A stretch of 57,857 nt of DNA, from IMG/VR virus record IMGVR_UViG_3300043607_000048, positions 1 to 57,857 of that record; one strand, given 5' to 3'. Positions 17,568 through 27,105 of the stretch are shown in pieces. Numbering within the stretch: the stretch's first letter is position 1; each line of letters opens with the position of its first letter. This DNA comes from a virus. Taxonomy: Duplodnaviria > Caudoviricetes. Made by a program: the position numbers and the translations under genes. Under the pieces are notes generated by a model that saw only the letters and a program-made list of their open reading frames with translations, was not told where the DNA came from and did not search any database.

Positions 17568-17795
17568 ATGAGTGAGCAGGAGTACGATCGCGTTGTCAGG
17601 TGTCACCCGGAGCTGAGACTGCCGGAATACTGGAGACTCCACACCGATTTCAGGTTTAAGCTGATGGGCATGACTCCAGAAAATTTGATCGCCGGTCGCA
17701 GCGCGGCATTGATCGCCCGGGACGATCCATCAACTCCACTCAGCTCTTGGGAACGGCACGACTTAACTCCGCTCGGTGACTACAAAATCGTGTGA
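17568..17795 (+). CDS. Hypothetical protein
   Basis: Overlapping start/stop gene chain. Confidence 0.5.
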   Translation: MSEQEYDRVVRCHPELRLPEYWRLHTDFRFKLMGMTPENLIAGRSAALIARDDPSTPLSSWERHDLTPLGDYKIV

Positions 17796-18163
17796 GCCTG
17801 CAACTCCCCCTCATGAACACCCGGGGCATGTCGAGCGCCCGGGAGATGCGCAAGCTGCGCCGGGATCGGGAAGTCGAGCGGCTGAGGATAGAGCGCAAGG
17901 CCAAGGTGGTTTGCGCGGTCCAAAACTGGACTGAGGACGGCCTGCATTTCCCCGATGAAGACCGCAACTTCACCGTCTACGTTGGCAAATGCTGGATGTG
18001 CGGTCGGGACGGTGGTCACTGGCTCGCCAAATTCAAAAAGCCAACCGGCATCGTCTACCGAATCATCTGCAACAACGACAAGTGCAAAAACATGACGTCG
18101 GAATTGCCATCCTCCAAACTCGCCATCCAAAACTGGAAGGTCACTCAAGCGCTCCACAAATGA
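17792..18163 (+). CDS. Protein with Lar (restriction alleviation)-like zinc ribbon
   Basis: CWMCG...YRIICNNDKC...LAIQNW resembles the Lar CxxCG..C..C..AI..WN pattern. Confidence 0.55.
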   Translation: MSLQLPLMNTRGMSSAREMRKLRRDREVERLRIERKAKVVCAVQNWTEDGLHFPDEDRNFTVYVGKCWMCGRDGGHWLAKFKKPTGIVYRIICNNDKCKNMTSELPSSKLAIQNWKVTQALHK

Positions 18164-18453
18164 ACACCCTTGAAAAGTTAAAAAGCATTTTAGAAATTCT
18201 ATCGGCTGTGCAAATTCAGATCAAGGAGGAGCGTGAGCTGCACATCATGCAACTGGCGGCAATCTCCACGGCATCAATCCAGAACACCCGACAGAGCGCC
18301 AAGGCCCGCATTGATCAGTCCAGTCCCTACTGCACTCAGGCGTATCTGGATGTCTGCCGCGCCGTGGACCGGGAGATGCAGCATCGTGAGAATCTGGAAG
18401 CCGTGAACGAGGAAGCCGCTCACAAAGCGATGGAGAAAGATTTTAACACGTGA
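18160..18453 (+). CDS. Hypothetical helical protein
   Basis: ATGA overlap at 18160 (MNTLEKLK...). Confidence 0.55.
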   Translation: MNTLEKLKSILEILSAVQIQIKEERELHIMQLAAISTASIQNTRQSAKARIDQSSPYCTQAYLDVCRAVDREMQHRENLEAVNEEAAHKAMEKDFNT

Positions 18454-18656
18454 AAGACTGCCCCATCTGCGGCGGGGGACACCCGCGTAAAGGTCCGTTC
18501 CGGTACCGTGTCATCGGTCGCTTCCATGATCGGTCCGATCCTCAGGAGCTTGCCTCCAGCCAACATGAGCGCGGTGCTAAGGAGTTGCTCGAAAAGTTAA
18601 AGAGCTGGCCCGCGATTGATCCTGACTCGCTCACCATCAACGATTCCTTAGCGTGA
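18450..18656 (+). CDS. Small CxxC protein
   Basis: CPICGG; coupled start. Confidence 0.5.
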   Translation: MKDCPICGGGHPRKGPFRYRVIGRFHDRSDPQELASSQHERGAKELLEKLKSWPAIDPDSLTINDSLA

Positions 18657-18880
18657 AAGCTGTGGTGATCGAATGGCGCTGCAAGAGCCGATGGAAATAT
18701 CTTCCAACCGGTGACCTGAAATGGACCCGCTTTGGAAAGTCACCGGCCAACGTGGTGCGCGCTGCCGTGCGGCGGCTGAACAAGGGTGACAGCGTTTTCG
18801 AATACCGGATAAAGCCGCCCAAAGAAACCGTGCCGCTCTCCCCGGCCTGCCTGCCGCACTGTGACAACGATCCTTATTGA
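18653..18880 (+). CDS. Hypothetical protein
   Basis: GTGA overlap with the upstream gene. Confidence 0.5.
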   Translation: MKAVVIEWRCKSRWKYLPTGDLKWTRFGKSPANVVRAAVRRLNKGDSVFEYRIKPPKETVPLSPACLPHCDNDPY

Positions 18881-18883
18881 ACC

Positions 18884-19537
18884 GTGAGCCAGTGGATACT
18901 TGAAACTCCGTGGTACTGGCTTCCGCCAACCAAGATTAAAAAACTTATGAGCAACAACCAAATGGGCGCAGTCGCCGCAACCGCCGCCATCGCGCAAGAG
19001 CCGGTCACTCAAACCGTTCGCTTCTCCATCACCGGCGACACGGAAACTGATTTCATCGCCGCCATCATGGCCTGCTTTGAAGCGATGCGCTCGGAGCCGC
19101 ATCCCGCTCCGTCCACCGACAGCAACCGCATGGCGCAACGCGTCTGTGAATATCTCGCCGGGCGCTTCAAGGCTCAGGCTGAGGACAATGACAGAAGGGC
19201 GGATCGCCACAGTGAACCCGCAAACGATCAGCTCCGTGAATTGGCGCGCCAGCTTCGGGAGCAGGAGCATCGGGATTCTGCAAAAACTTGGGCGGGCAGC
19301 GCGGAGAGCCGCGTGACCAAATCCGAAATGGAACGGGCATCAACTCACGCAAAATCCTTGTACGAAAAAGTCAGGAGCAAGCCCGACATCAGCCCCGCTC
19401 AATCCGGCACCCATTCGCCGTCAATCATCCGGCCTGACTCTGCTGCTCCCTCAGATTCACCGCTCGGCTGTCCCGGAGACGGCTCCGTGCTCAAAGGACC
19501 GCCTCCCGGTGACTGGCTCGTCGCTGACAAATTCTGA
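18884..19537 (+). CDS. Hypothetical protein
   Basis: Last gene of the plus-strand block; its 3' end overlaps the convergent gene by 139 nt. Start uncertain. Confidence 0.5.
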   Translation: MSQWILETPWYWLPPTKIKKLMSNNQMGAVAATAAIAQEPVTQTVRFSITGDTETDFIAAIMACFEAMRSEPHPAPSTDSNRMAQRVCEYLAGRFKAQAEDNDRRADRHSEPANDQLRELARQLREQEHRDSAKTWAGSAESRVTKSEMERASTHAKSLYEKVRSKPDISPAQSGTHSPSIIRPDSAAPSDSPLGCPGDGSVLKGPPPGDWLVADKF

Positions 19538-20082
19538 CCGCGCAACGGAATCTCAGGAATTTCCCCATTTTCCTCTGGCCGCGAGACTGGACTACTTTCC
19601 GGGATCACCGGCGAATTTAGCCCATCCAGTACTCGAGCCGCTCCCGCCGCATCCCCATTGTCCAGCGCCTTCACGTACGCCGCCTCTCCCGGCAACGGCG
19701 CGCCGGTACCACCACGCTGTCTCTGCTTTCGCTTCCGGGCACGATCAGCCGCACGCTTCTGCTCCGCGTTGTTTATCTCCAAATACTTTGCCCCGTTCAC
19801 TACCTGATAACTGAACTGCCCCAACCGCACCAGCCGCCGCCCCTCACTCTCCGGTGTCCTGCTCTTGGGATCAGGCGCGCAAAGTTTACCAATCACCCGC
19901 TCAATTACCTCCTCCTTCTCCCCGATCAAAATGCAAAGCAGCTTCGGGTTCAGCTCCACCTGCGCCCCCACTGTCGCGTCACCCCGCATCTTCGTGATTA
20001 TGTAAGTCCAAACCGCAAACATCGGACTGCCCGCCCCCATCATGCTCCCCTCGTACATGCTCTCAAAAACTCTACCGTACAC
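19399..20082 (-). CDS. Replication initiator-like protein (N-terminal winged-helix type)
   Basis: GTG after GGGAG; YGRVFESMYEGSM...PDPKSRT..EGRRL..YQVVNGAKY followed by a basic R..RKRKQR helix, the layout of phage replisome organisers. Confidence 0.55.
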   Translation of the reverse strand: MYGRVFESMYEGSMMGAGSPMFAVWTYIITKMRGDATVGAQVELNPKLLCILIGEKEEVIERVIGKLCAPDPKSRTPESEGRRLVRLGQFSYQVVNGAKYLEINNAEQKRAADRARKRKQRQRGGTGAPLPGEAAYVKALDNGDAAGAARVLDGLNSPVIPESSPVSRPEENGEIPEIPLRGQNLSATSQSPGGGPLSTEPSPGQPSGESEGAAESGRMIDGEWVPD

Positions 20083-20383
20083 AGAAAGCTCCCTTCCAAT
20101 GCCGCCCGGCGCGCAACACACTCTCCGTCTTCGTCTGCCCCACCAAATTCTCACACCCCACCCGGCTCTCTACCTCCAGCCTCCCAGTCACCAATATCCT
20201 CACCCGATCCCAAAATCCTACCTCGCACCGCGAGACTACCGTCAACACGTCCACCCACTTCGACGGCAGCTCCGGCACCGGGCACGGTCGCCAAGGACAA
20301 AGCCGCCGCATTACCCGCTCCTTAAAACCCGGCTTCTCAGGCTGCGAAAATTGCCAGCTCCCATGCAAATTTGATGTGTCCAT
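20072..20383 (-). CDS. Hypothetical protein
   Basis: ORF overlapping the initiator start; FWDRVRILVTGRL. Confidence 0.5.
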   Translation of the reverse strand: MDTSNLHGSWQFSQPEKPGFKERVMRRLCPWRPCPVPELPSKWVDVLTVVSRCEVGFWDRVRILVTGRLEVESRVGCENLVGQTKTESVLRAGRHWKGAFCVR

Positions 20384-20650
20384 TTCTTACTACTTTTGTC
20401 ACGCTATGTCACACTGTCAACCGGAATCAACGTGACATCCCGGAATCTGCGGAATCACCCGGACGTGTCGCAATCGTCACGAAATGTCTCCCCTCAGAGG
20501 CAGAGGCATACTCAGGGGGAGTACAGAGGGGGATTTCACAGCGCCCGCACACCCAATTTCACGGGCTGAATCACCCCGGAAACGGTTTAGATAAAATGGG
20601 GGGTTGTGAAAAGGAGGCCCGGTCGCTCAGGTCCCCCCGGGGGTGGGGTC
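20384..20650. other. Candidate origin / packaging-terminus region
   Basis: Non-coding; repeated GTCAC and CGGAATC words; CCCCCGGGGG palindrome near 20634-20643; visible switch from C-rich to G-rich plus strand. Confidence 0.45.
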
Positions 20651-21049
20651 CGTGGGGACGGTCCCGTCCTGCGAAAGAGATTCCTTTCCTTTTTGTTCGG
20701 TCGTGGTCGTTGGCGGTGTCTCGCTGGGTGCTTCGAAGGTGATGAGTGAGGCAAGCTCTATCGGGTGTCTGGAGCGCGAACGCTTTAGCGCTTTGGCAAG
20801 CTGCACGGGGTCAAGGTCAGGCCGCAACTGCCCGGGAGAAGGAACACCGCGCCAAACCCGGATAGCGTCTCCAAGCACGGCATAAGCACGGGCAATGGTG
20901 GAGCGGACGACTGGCGTAGTTTTCCGGTCGCAGGCGTCTCTTACGAGCAAGTCCATGATGAGTCGGGCGTTGGAAACGATTTTGGCTTCGGATCGGTTTG
21001 GGCGTTTGCGTGGGGGTCGTGGCTTTGGGATTGGAGCGAGGGTATTCAT
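20627..21049 (-). CDS. Basic helical protein, possible terminase small subunit
   Basis: 140 aa with basic N-terminus, helical core and disordered tail ending at the CCCCCGGGGG site. Function inferred from position only. Confidence 0.35.
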   Translation of the reverse strand: MNTLAPIPKPRPPRKRPNRSEAKIVSNARLIMDLLVRDACDRKTTPVVRSTIARAYAVLGDAIRVWRGVPSPGQLRPDLDPVQLAKALKRSRSRHPIELASLITFEAPSETPPTTTTEQKGKESLSQDGTVPTDPTPGGT

Positions 21050-21139
21050 AGTGCGAGCGGTGGTACGTTGTTGAGCATCACCATTTGAGTAAGGTGTAGG
21101 GGCAATTAAGCTTCTGCAATACTGAAAGGCAAATTAGTT

Positions 21140-21304
21140 ATGCAATTCGAATTCATGTTTACGGTGGCGGGGCCGGTGATGGCCAAGGTTTGGGTGATGG
21201 AAGGCAGGTACCGGATGACTACGTTGGTGCCGGTGATGGAGTTGGAGCGGTTGAATGGAAAGGTGTGGGGCTGGTCGCACCTTGGGAAGCGGGGTGCCAA
21301 GTGA
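21140..21304 (+). CDS. 54-aa early protein (not in ORF track)
   Basis: MQFEFMFTVAGPVMAKVWVMEGRYRM...KRGAK; follows the leader motif and its stop overlaps the next GTG. Confidence 0.55.
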   Translation: MQFEFMFTVAGPVMAKVWVMEGRYRMTTLVPVMELERLNGKVWGWSHLGKRGAK

Positions 21305-21606
21305 GCGAGGTTAAGAGCGGTTGTCAGGTGCGTGCGGAGCGACTGACGGCAAAGACGTTGCGCATCTCGTACAATTACTGCGGCATTTGTGGTCATACGC
21401 CGAAGACAAATGCTGATGAGCCGAACTATGCTCCCATTCGTTGGTGGGACTGTGACGATGGGTGGAAAATTGGGACGTTGTGTCATTGGTGCCATGATGA
21501 GGTTGCCAACGCGGTACCTAAACCCGGTGATTTTGCTTTCGAGCGAACTAACGGGGTGATGGATCAGAGTGATACGGATGAGGATGAGACGATGGCGCTT
21601 GAGTAG
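21301..21606 (+). CDS. Zinc-binding early protein
   Basis: CGICG...LCHWC; probable GTG at 21301. Confidence 0.55.
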   Translation: MSEVKSGCQVRAERLTAKTLRISYNYCGICGHTPKTNADEPNYAPIRWWDCDDGWKIGTLCHWCHDEVANAVPKPGDFAFERTNGVMDQSDTDEDETMALE

Positions 21607-21686
21607 TCGCACGTTGAGCCGCTCGGGTTTGATTCCCGGGCGGTTGACCGTGGGCAATTCCGCTCACAAGAAACTGAAAGGAAATT

Positions 21687-21998
21687 ATGACAGCGTTTGA
21701 GATTAAGTTGGCGCGTCGGTTGGCGGCGTCGGATGAGGATTTGAGCCGGTACAATGATGACGTGCTCTTTGGGTGCGCGTGCTCGGATTTCGTTCACCCG
21801 GTCAACGTGTCGCTGGGGACTGTGGCTAAGCTGATGCGGTGGCAGTACGTTTGTTTCGACGGGTCGTGGGATGAAAACCTGTGGAATGAGGAGCTGTGGG
21901 TTTACAAGCGGCGAATCAGGATTGACGATATGAACACCGGTGAAGTCCAGACTTACTTGCGCGATGGCGTGCTCGCTGCGCTAAGGGGGAACGCGTGA
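21687..21998 (+). CDS. Hypothetical early protein
   Basis: ATG directly after the leader motif. Confidence 0.65.
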   Translation: MTAFEIKLARRLAASDEDLSRYNDDVLFGCACSDFVHPVNVSLGTVAKLMRWQYVCFDGSWDENLWNEELWVYKRRIRIDDMNTGEVQTYLRDGVLAALRGNA

Positions 21999-22393
21999 AG
22001 CTGATCGAACCTGTCATCATCACGCCGCGTCTATTGCCCGGCGTGAAAGTGGGGGATGGGTTTGTGTCCATTGAGTACGCCCGGCGTGATGGGCGCGATG
22101 GGCGCACGCGTTTTCAGTGGTACGTGGATTTGCCCGGGGGAAAGGAATTCGCTGGGGATGACCTGCAAAGCGGTTGCCAAGGTGGCTGCTTGCAAGGTGG
22201 GCTTGAAACCCTGCTTACGTTTCTCTCGGCGGCGGGGGATGCGTACGGCTTCACTCTCCGAACGGGCAGAGAAACGGAAAACTCGGAGCTGTTTCCGCAA
22301 GAGGTTGTGGAGTGGGCGTATCAATTCTGTGAGGAGCTGTCGTGGCTTCAAATGGAATTGGATGAGTCTGACGGTCTATTGATTGAGGAGTGA
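21995..22393 (+). CDS. Hypothetical early protein
   Basis: GTGA coupling; GDDLQSG...LLTFLSAAG...FP..VVEWA. Confidence 0.65.
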   Translation: MKLIEPVIITPRLLPGVKVGDGFVSIEYARRDGRDGRTRFQWYVDLPGGKEFAGDDLQSGCQGGCLQGGLETLLTFLSAAGDAYGFTLRTGRETENSELFPQEVVEWAYQFCEELSWLQMELDESDGLLIEE

Positions 22394-22468
22394 GTTTCGA
22401 GCGTGGCGCGCTTTCGGGCGCGTCCCTCTCGGCATTCAATAACGGGTGTCGTTAACTGAAAGGAAAAT

Positions 22469-22768
22469 ATGTTTACTCGAAAAGATTACATGGATGGACG
22501 GGTTACCCATGAACAGTACTACGGGCAGTACGTCACGCCGGGTCTGGTCAAGCTGGTCGTGGATCGGTTTGGGCTGGATCGCCTGTGTGCGTGTCCTGCC
22601 GGTGATCACTTCAACTCTATCCCTCTTTCAAGCTGGGATATGTTGACCCGGTGGATCGGTGTGAAGTGGGCACCGGATGACGGTGATTCATTGGCCGGGC
22701 GCGTGTGCATCCTGAAAGCGGCTGCGCGTGCGGCGGTTGCCGGGCATTGTGCTGGGGGTGCCAAGTGA
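22469..22768 (+). CDS. Hypothetical early protein
   Basis: After the leader motif; TRKDYM..THEQYYGQYV...FNSIPLSSWD..VCILKAAA. Confidence 0.65.
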   Translation: MFTRKDYMDGRVTHEQYYGQYVTPGLVKLVVDRFGLDRLCACPAGDHFNSIPLSSWDMLTRWIGVKWAPDDGDSLAGRVCILKAAARAAVAGHCAGGAK

Positions 22769-22974
22769 GCATCTTCAAACGCGGCAATCCTGATCCCGTG
22801 AGTGATCGGGAAAAGGTTCACAAAATCGTGCCGGTCGTCGGCGTGCATCGTGAGCACGCGCTTTGCTGGAATGGAGCTTTCCATTGTTGGTTTACGGAGA
22901 AAGATTCCGAAGTGACGTGTCGGGCGTGCTTGCACGTGTCCGAGGGTGGAAAGCCGGGGGAAGTCAATCCATAA
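22765..22974 (+). CDS. Small His/Cys protein
   Basis: GTG overlaps the upstream stop; H...HALC...VTCRAC. Confidence 0.5.
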   Translation: MSIFKRGNPDPVSDREKVHKIVPVVGVHREHALCWNGAFHCWFTEKDSEVTCRACLHVSEGGKPGEVNP

Positions 22975-23087
22975 TCGTTCGCGGGATGGAGAAACGATAA
23001 GCTTCACCTATGGCCAAGCATCACCCCTTGGCTATAGTAGAAGCCGATCAATGACGGTCGGTGGTTTACTGAAAGGAAAAGCAAGTT

Positions 23088-24146
23088 ATGAGAATTGGTG
23101 AGTTTGAAGATTTCTTCCGGCGTGCGCTGGTTAAGAAAAAGCGTGTCCTGACACTCGGCAAGCCCGGCGTCGGGAAAACATTCGTGCGCGAATCAGTGTG
23201 CAAGGCGCTGGGGTACGATTACATCGGGGTGACTGCCCCGTTAATGTCCCCGGTGAAAATCGGCGGCTACCCCCGTGCGCCATTGGTCGAGGGCGGGGAT
23301 GCAACTCATGCGCTGTTTGACGGGATCGCCCGGGCATTCCGCGCAACGAAACCTACCCATCTCCACATTGACGATTTGGGCATGGCGAACGGCGAAACCC
23401 TGAAAGCCATTGTTGACCTTGTGCAGTTTGGCAGGATCGACAATCGCACGCTCCCTGATTGCGTGGTCGTGGGCGCGTCATCAAATGACGTGGGGCACGG
23501 TGCTGACGTGCAGGGCATGATTGAGCCGCTCAAAAGCCGGTGGAATACCATCGTTGAAGTCGAGTGCTTCATTGACGATACGGTTATCTACGGACTGAAC
23601 AAGGGATGGCCAGCGTGTTTGCTCGGCTACCTTCGAAACGACAATGAAGCGCTCCATGATTGGAAACCTTCGAAGTCGATGAAGATTGACGGCGCGTGTC
23701 CCCGGGGATGGGAATACGTTGCGGAATGGATCAATGACGGCTTCGATGATCCTGAGGTTATCGCGGGTTGCGTCGGCAAGGGCCGGGCGACTGCTTATCT
23801 GGCCTACCGGGGTTTGGTCAACCAGTTGCCGGACATTAACGCAATCATGGCCGATCCTGAGGGCGCGCTGGTACCGGAAAAAGCTGACGTCAAATACTTC
23901 GTGGCGATGGCGCTCGCTTCGAAAATCAAATGCGGGACGTTTGGCCCGGCGTTGCGATACCTGAACCGGTTGCCGCAACCGTTCCGGGCATTCTCGGTGC
24001 GGGACGCTATCAAAGCGGAGTCAGCTAAGAGCAAGGCCGGTACTCTCCCGGACAACTATAAGCCGATCCACTTTGACCGTGACTATGTGGCATGGAGCTG
24101 CACAAAGGACGGTCAGGAGGTTGTCAGCGCTGCCAGCACCAAATGA
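23088..24146 (+). CDS. MoxR-like AAA+ ATPase
   Basis: Walker A GKPGVGKT, Walker B LHIDD, ASSN sensor, PLKSRW Arg finger, CPRGWE. Confidence 0.88.
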   Translation: MRIGEFEDFFRRALVKKKRVLTLGKPGVGKTFVRESVCKALGYDYIGVTAPLMSPVKIGGYPRAPLVEGGDATHALFDGIARAFRATKPTHLHIDDLGMANGETLKAIVDLVQFGRIDNRTLPDCVVVGASSNDVGHGADVQGMIEPLKSRWNTIVEVECFIDDTVIYGLNKGWPACLLGYLRNDNEALHDWKPSKSMKIDGACPRGWEYVAEWINDGFDDPEVIAGCVGKGRATAYLAYRGLVNQLPDINAIMADPEGALVPEKADVKYFVAMALASKIKCGTFGPALRYLNRLPQPFRAFSVRDAIKAESAKSKAGTLPDNYKPIHFDRDYVAWSCTKDGQEVVSAASTK

Positions 24147-24376
24147 AACCGCTAACGGAATCGGAGATACGGCAATGCCGGTACTGGTCTGCGCTGGTCC
24201 GGTCAGCTATGCAACTCGGGTTAGTTGATAAGTTTTGCCGATCCCGGGTGTTCGTTGACTGGTCAATGAGCGAAACCGGTTGGCGGGTCGTGAGAGCGCT
24301 AGGCGCTAGTGATCCCGCATTGCTAAAGGCGTTGTCCGAAGTGAGAGCGGCATTTCCCGTTTCTAAAAAGTGGTGA
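24143..24376 (+). CDS. Hypothetical protein
   Basis: ATGA overlap at 24143. Confidence 0.45.
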   Translation: MKPLTESEIRQCRYWSALVRSAMQLGLVDKFCRSRVFVDWSMSETGWRVVRALGASDPALLKALSEVRAAFPVSKKW

Positions 24377-24462
24377 GCTAGAGCGTGGTTGCCCGGTGTC
24401 GTTTGCCGGGCAATCCCTCTCTGTTCACAATGACGTGAGCGGATTACTGAAAGGAAATTATT

Positions 24463-24696
24463 ATGGAGCAATGGCAAATTGCTTGGGATAACGGTCACGC
24501 TTCCGGCGTGTTCCCGGTTATCTTCAAAACCAAAACAGAAGCCAGCAAGTACGGCGCGAATTGGAAGCGTGACATGGTGGCTTTAGAAGCTGATCCGAAA
24601 GAGCGAGCTGAGGCCCGGCGCGCTTACCAGTGGGAAGTGATCCCGTGGACGGTTCACCCATCGGGCCGGGCGGGTAACTCTCAATGGGGATACTGA
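24463..24696 (+). CDS. Hypothetical protein
   Basis: ATG after the leader motif. Confidence 0.6.
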   Translation: MEQWQIAWDNGHASGVFPVIFKTKTEASKYGANWKRDMVALEADPKERAEARRAYQWEVIPWTVHPSGRAGNSQWGY

Positions 24697-24697
24697 C

Positions 24698-25936
24698 ATG
24701 AACGATAAAACTCGAATGAAGCGAATAGAGCGCGCTCAAATGCGGGTGCTGTTCACGGTGCCGTTTTTCGCGCCGGGAGTGGTCAAGCTGCCGGTGGAGT
24801 TTGACGACAAGGTTGAGACGGCTTGCACCAATGGGGAGCGAATCCTTTTCTCTCCAGCGTTTTGTGACAAGCTCAGTGATCAGGAATTGGTGACCGTCCT
24901 GTGTCATGAGGTTTGCCATTGCATGTTTGGACATCTCTGGCGCGCTCCCGATCCCTGCAATTGGGACGTCTGGAATCAGGCAACCGATCACGCGGTCAAC
25001 CTGATGCTGAAAGAATTCAGCGCTGGGGTGATGGCAAAGGGTCTGGCCGATCCGTTCCCGTTCCCGCAACCGGAGTCGAATTACTGCATAGACCCTCAGT
25101 TCAAGGGCGTGGCCGAAGAAGCCATATACACCCGGCTTAACGTCCAGAAGCCCCCGGGCGGGTCTGGCGGGGGTCAAGGGCAGGCCGGGAGTGGAAAAGC
25201 CTCTCCTAGTGGCAATCCCGGCACGGGCCAAGGGCAGGGAAAGCCATTTGGTCAGATTGAAAAGCCCGCAAACCCGGGTCAACCGGGCGCAACCCAGTCA
25301 ACCAGCAAGCAGTTGCAGAATGATTGGACGGCTACCCTGCTCCAGTCGGCAAAGCTGGCGGCGGGTCAGGGTGATTTGCCCGGCTCCCTTCAACGTCTTG
25401 TTCAGGATATTGTGAATCCCAAAATTGATTGGGTGCAGGTGCTTCGGTCGTGGTTGCGGGAGCAATGCGCCGATGACTGGAATTGGCAAGCGCCAGCGCT
25501 GGAGCTGGAAGGCAGCGGGTTCATCATGCCGTCCCTCAAATCTGAGAAGATGGGGCCGGTCGTGTTTGGGTCAGATTGGTCGGGATCGACGTTCGGGGAG
25601 TTGGTCACCAAATTCCATGCGGAAAAAGTGAACTGTCTGAACGATATGCGGCCAAGCAAGCTCATAGACATCGGCTTTGATACCCGAGTCGTTTGGGAAA
25701 AGGAATATACGCCCGGTGACGTGATTGACAGTCACGTTGCCGGGGGCGGCGGTACGTCGTTTGTGGACGTGCTGAGGCGGTGCTCGGAATTGATTCCGGC
25801 ACCTAAGTGCGTGGTGATCCTCACTGATCTGATGGGTGAATTTCCGAAAGAAGCTCCCCCGTTCCCGGTCGTGTGGGTTGTCTACGGTGGTTTGGACAAC
25901 GCCCCTTTTGGGCAAGTGATTAACGCCGATGAGTGA
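24698..25936 (+). CDS. Metallopeptidase plus vWA protein (DUF2201-like), partner of the AAA+ ATPase
   Basis: TACTNG, HEVCH (HExxH), WNQATDHAVN; MIDAS-like DWSGS, GGGGTSF, LTD. Confidence 0.85.
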   Translation: MNDKTRMKRIERAQMRVLFTVPFFAPGVVKLPVEFDDKVETACTNGERILFSPAFCDKLSDQELVTVLCHEVCHCMFGHLWRAPDPCNWDVWNQATDHAVNLMLKEFSAGVMAKGLADPFPFPQPESNYCIDPQFKGVAEEAIYTRLNVQKPPGGSGGGQGQAGSGKASPSGNPGTGQGQGKPFGQIEKPANPGQPGATQSTSKQLQNDWTATLLQSAKLAAGQGDLPGSLQRLVQDIVNPKIDWVQVLRSWLREQCADDWNWQAPALELEGSGFIMPSLKSEKMGPVVFGSDWSGSTFGELVTKFHAEKVNCLNDMRPSKLIDIGFDTRVVWEKEYTPGDVIDSHVAGGGGTSFVDVLRRCSELIPAPKCVVILTDLMGEFPKEAPPFPVVWVVYGGLDNAPFGQVINADE

Positions 25937-26111
25937 AGCATCACCAAAAGGTAAAGGTATGCAGCATAGACTATGCTGGGCGCGCAACGTGGTGAAGAAG
26001 TTTGAAAGTGAACACTGGGAAACGTGGGATGAGGCGCGCCGGGCAGTTGCCCGAGAACGTTACGAGCGAGCTGTCGCGCTGATCCTGTACGACAAGCTGA
26101 AAAACTCTTAA
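25929..26111 (+). CDS. Hypothetical protein
   Basis: Overlapping start; ends just before a structured leader. Confidence 0.45.
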   Translation: MSEASPKGKGMQHRLCWARNVVKKFESEHWETWDEARRAVARERYERAVALILYDKLKNS

Positions 26112-26229
26112 CTCATTCAACCGCTAGGTGGTTCGGGTCAGTCGGTGACGGCTTTCCTTGCGGCATCATATAGCGGTTGACTGAGCCGGTCAGGAATTAA
26201 CCTGAACGGAATTACTGAAAGGAAAATAA

Positions 26230-27099
26230 GTGAATAGTTACAAGTTAAGTGAGAGAGCGGTACTGATGCAACTGAGCGCCGGGATGCCGGGCAAGCATCG
26301 TAAGGATCGGCAGTTGTCCGATCAGGTGAAGTCTGACAAAAACCTTGGTTCCCATTCCGGGTCGTGGATCAAAAACAAGTATCCTGAGTCAGCGCTGGAG
26401 CCGATTGAGAAGCTGGTAACGGCTGCGCGTGCGTATCACGGTGCGGTCACTCTGCCGTACGCGAACGGGATCGGGATTCTACCGGCTGCGCTGATTGCGG
26501 AGTACGGTGAGAAGATGCGGGAATTCGCCGGGCGGTTTGAAAACCTGCGCGATTCTCACTTCCGGGCGAAATACCCGGAGTTCATTGAGTGGGCGAAGAA
26601 GGAGCATAACGGCACGTTCGATGCCAGCGATTATCCGGAGGTCGATGAGGTTTGCAAAGCGTTCTACTTTCGGACTGAGCCGGTGCCGGTACCCGATGCC
26701 GCGCACTTCGAAACAACCGTCAAGAGCTTGCTCGGTGTCGATGCTGATAGCGTCAACATGCGCGTGCAGGATGCGATGGAAGAAGCTCAGAAAGAGCTGA
26801 TGCGCCGATTGATTGAGCCGGTCAAAGCAATGGCGGTGAAGCTGGCAGAGCAACCGAAAGAGGGAAAAGACTCCCCGGTGTTTCGTGATTCGCTGATCGG
26901 CAACGTGAAAGAGATTGCCCGGCTTGCGCCGAAGCTGAACATTGCCGGTGATCCCGCGATTGACAGCTTTGTGAAAGAGATGTCAGCGCTGATCAGCTAT
27001 GACGCTGATGCGCTCCGCAAGTCTCCTAACGCGCGGGAAAAGGCGGCGGAAGATGCCCGGGTGATTCTGGCGAAACTGGAAGGATACAAAGGATTCTGA
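26230..27099 (+). CDS. DUF3150-like helical protein of AAA+/vWA modules
   Basis: After the leader motif; TLPY..GI.ILP, F...DYP, FRDSLIGN, LNIAGDP. Confidence 0.6.
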   Translation: MNSYKLSERAVLMQLSAGMPGKHRKDRQLSDQVKSDKNLGSHSGSWIKNKYPESALEPIEKLVTAARAYHGAVTLPYANGIGILPAALIAEYGEKMREFAGRFENLRDSHFRAKYPEFIEWAKKEHNGTFDASDYPEVDEVCKAFYFRTEPVPVPDAAHFETTVKSLLGVDADSVNMRVQDAMEEAQKELMRRLIEPVKAMAVKLAEQPKEGKDSPVFRDSLIGNVKEIARLAPKLNIAGDPAIDSFVKEMSALISYDADALRKSPNAREKAAEDARVILAKLEGYKGF

Positions 27100-27105
27100 A
27101 CATTT

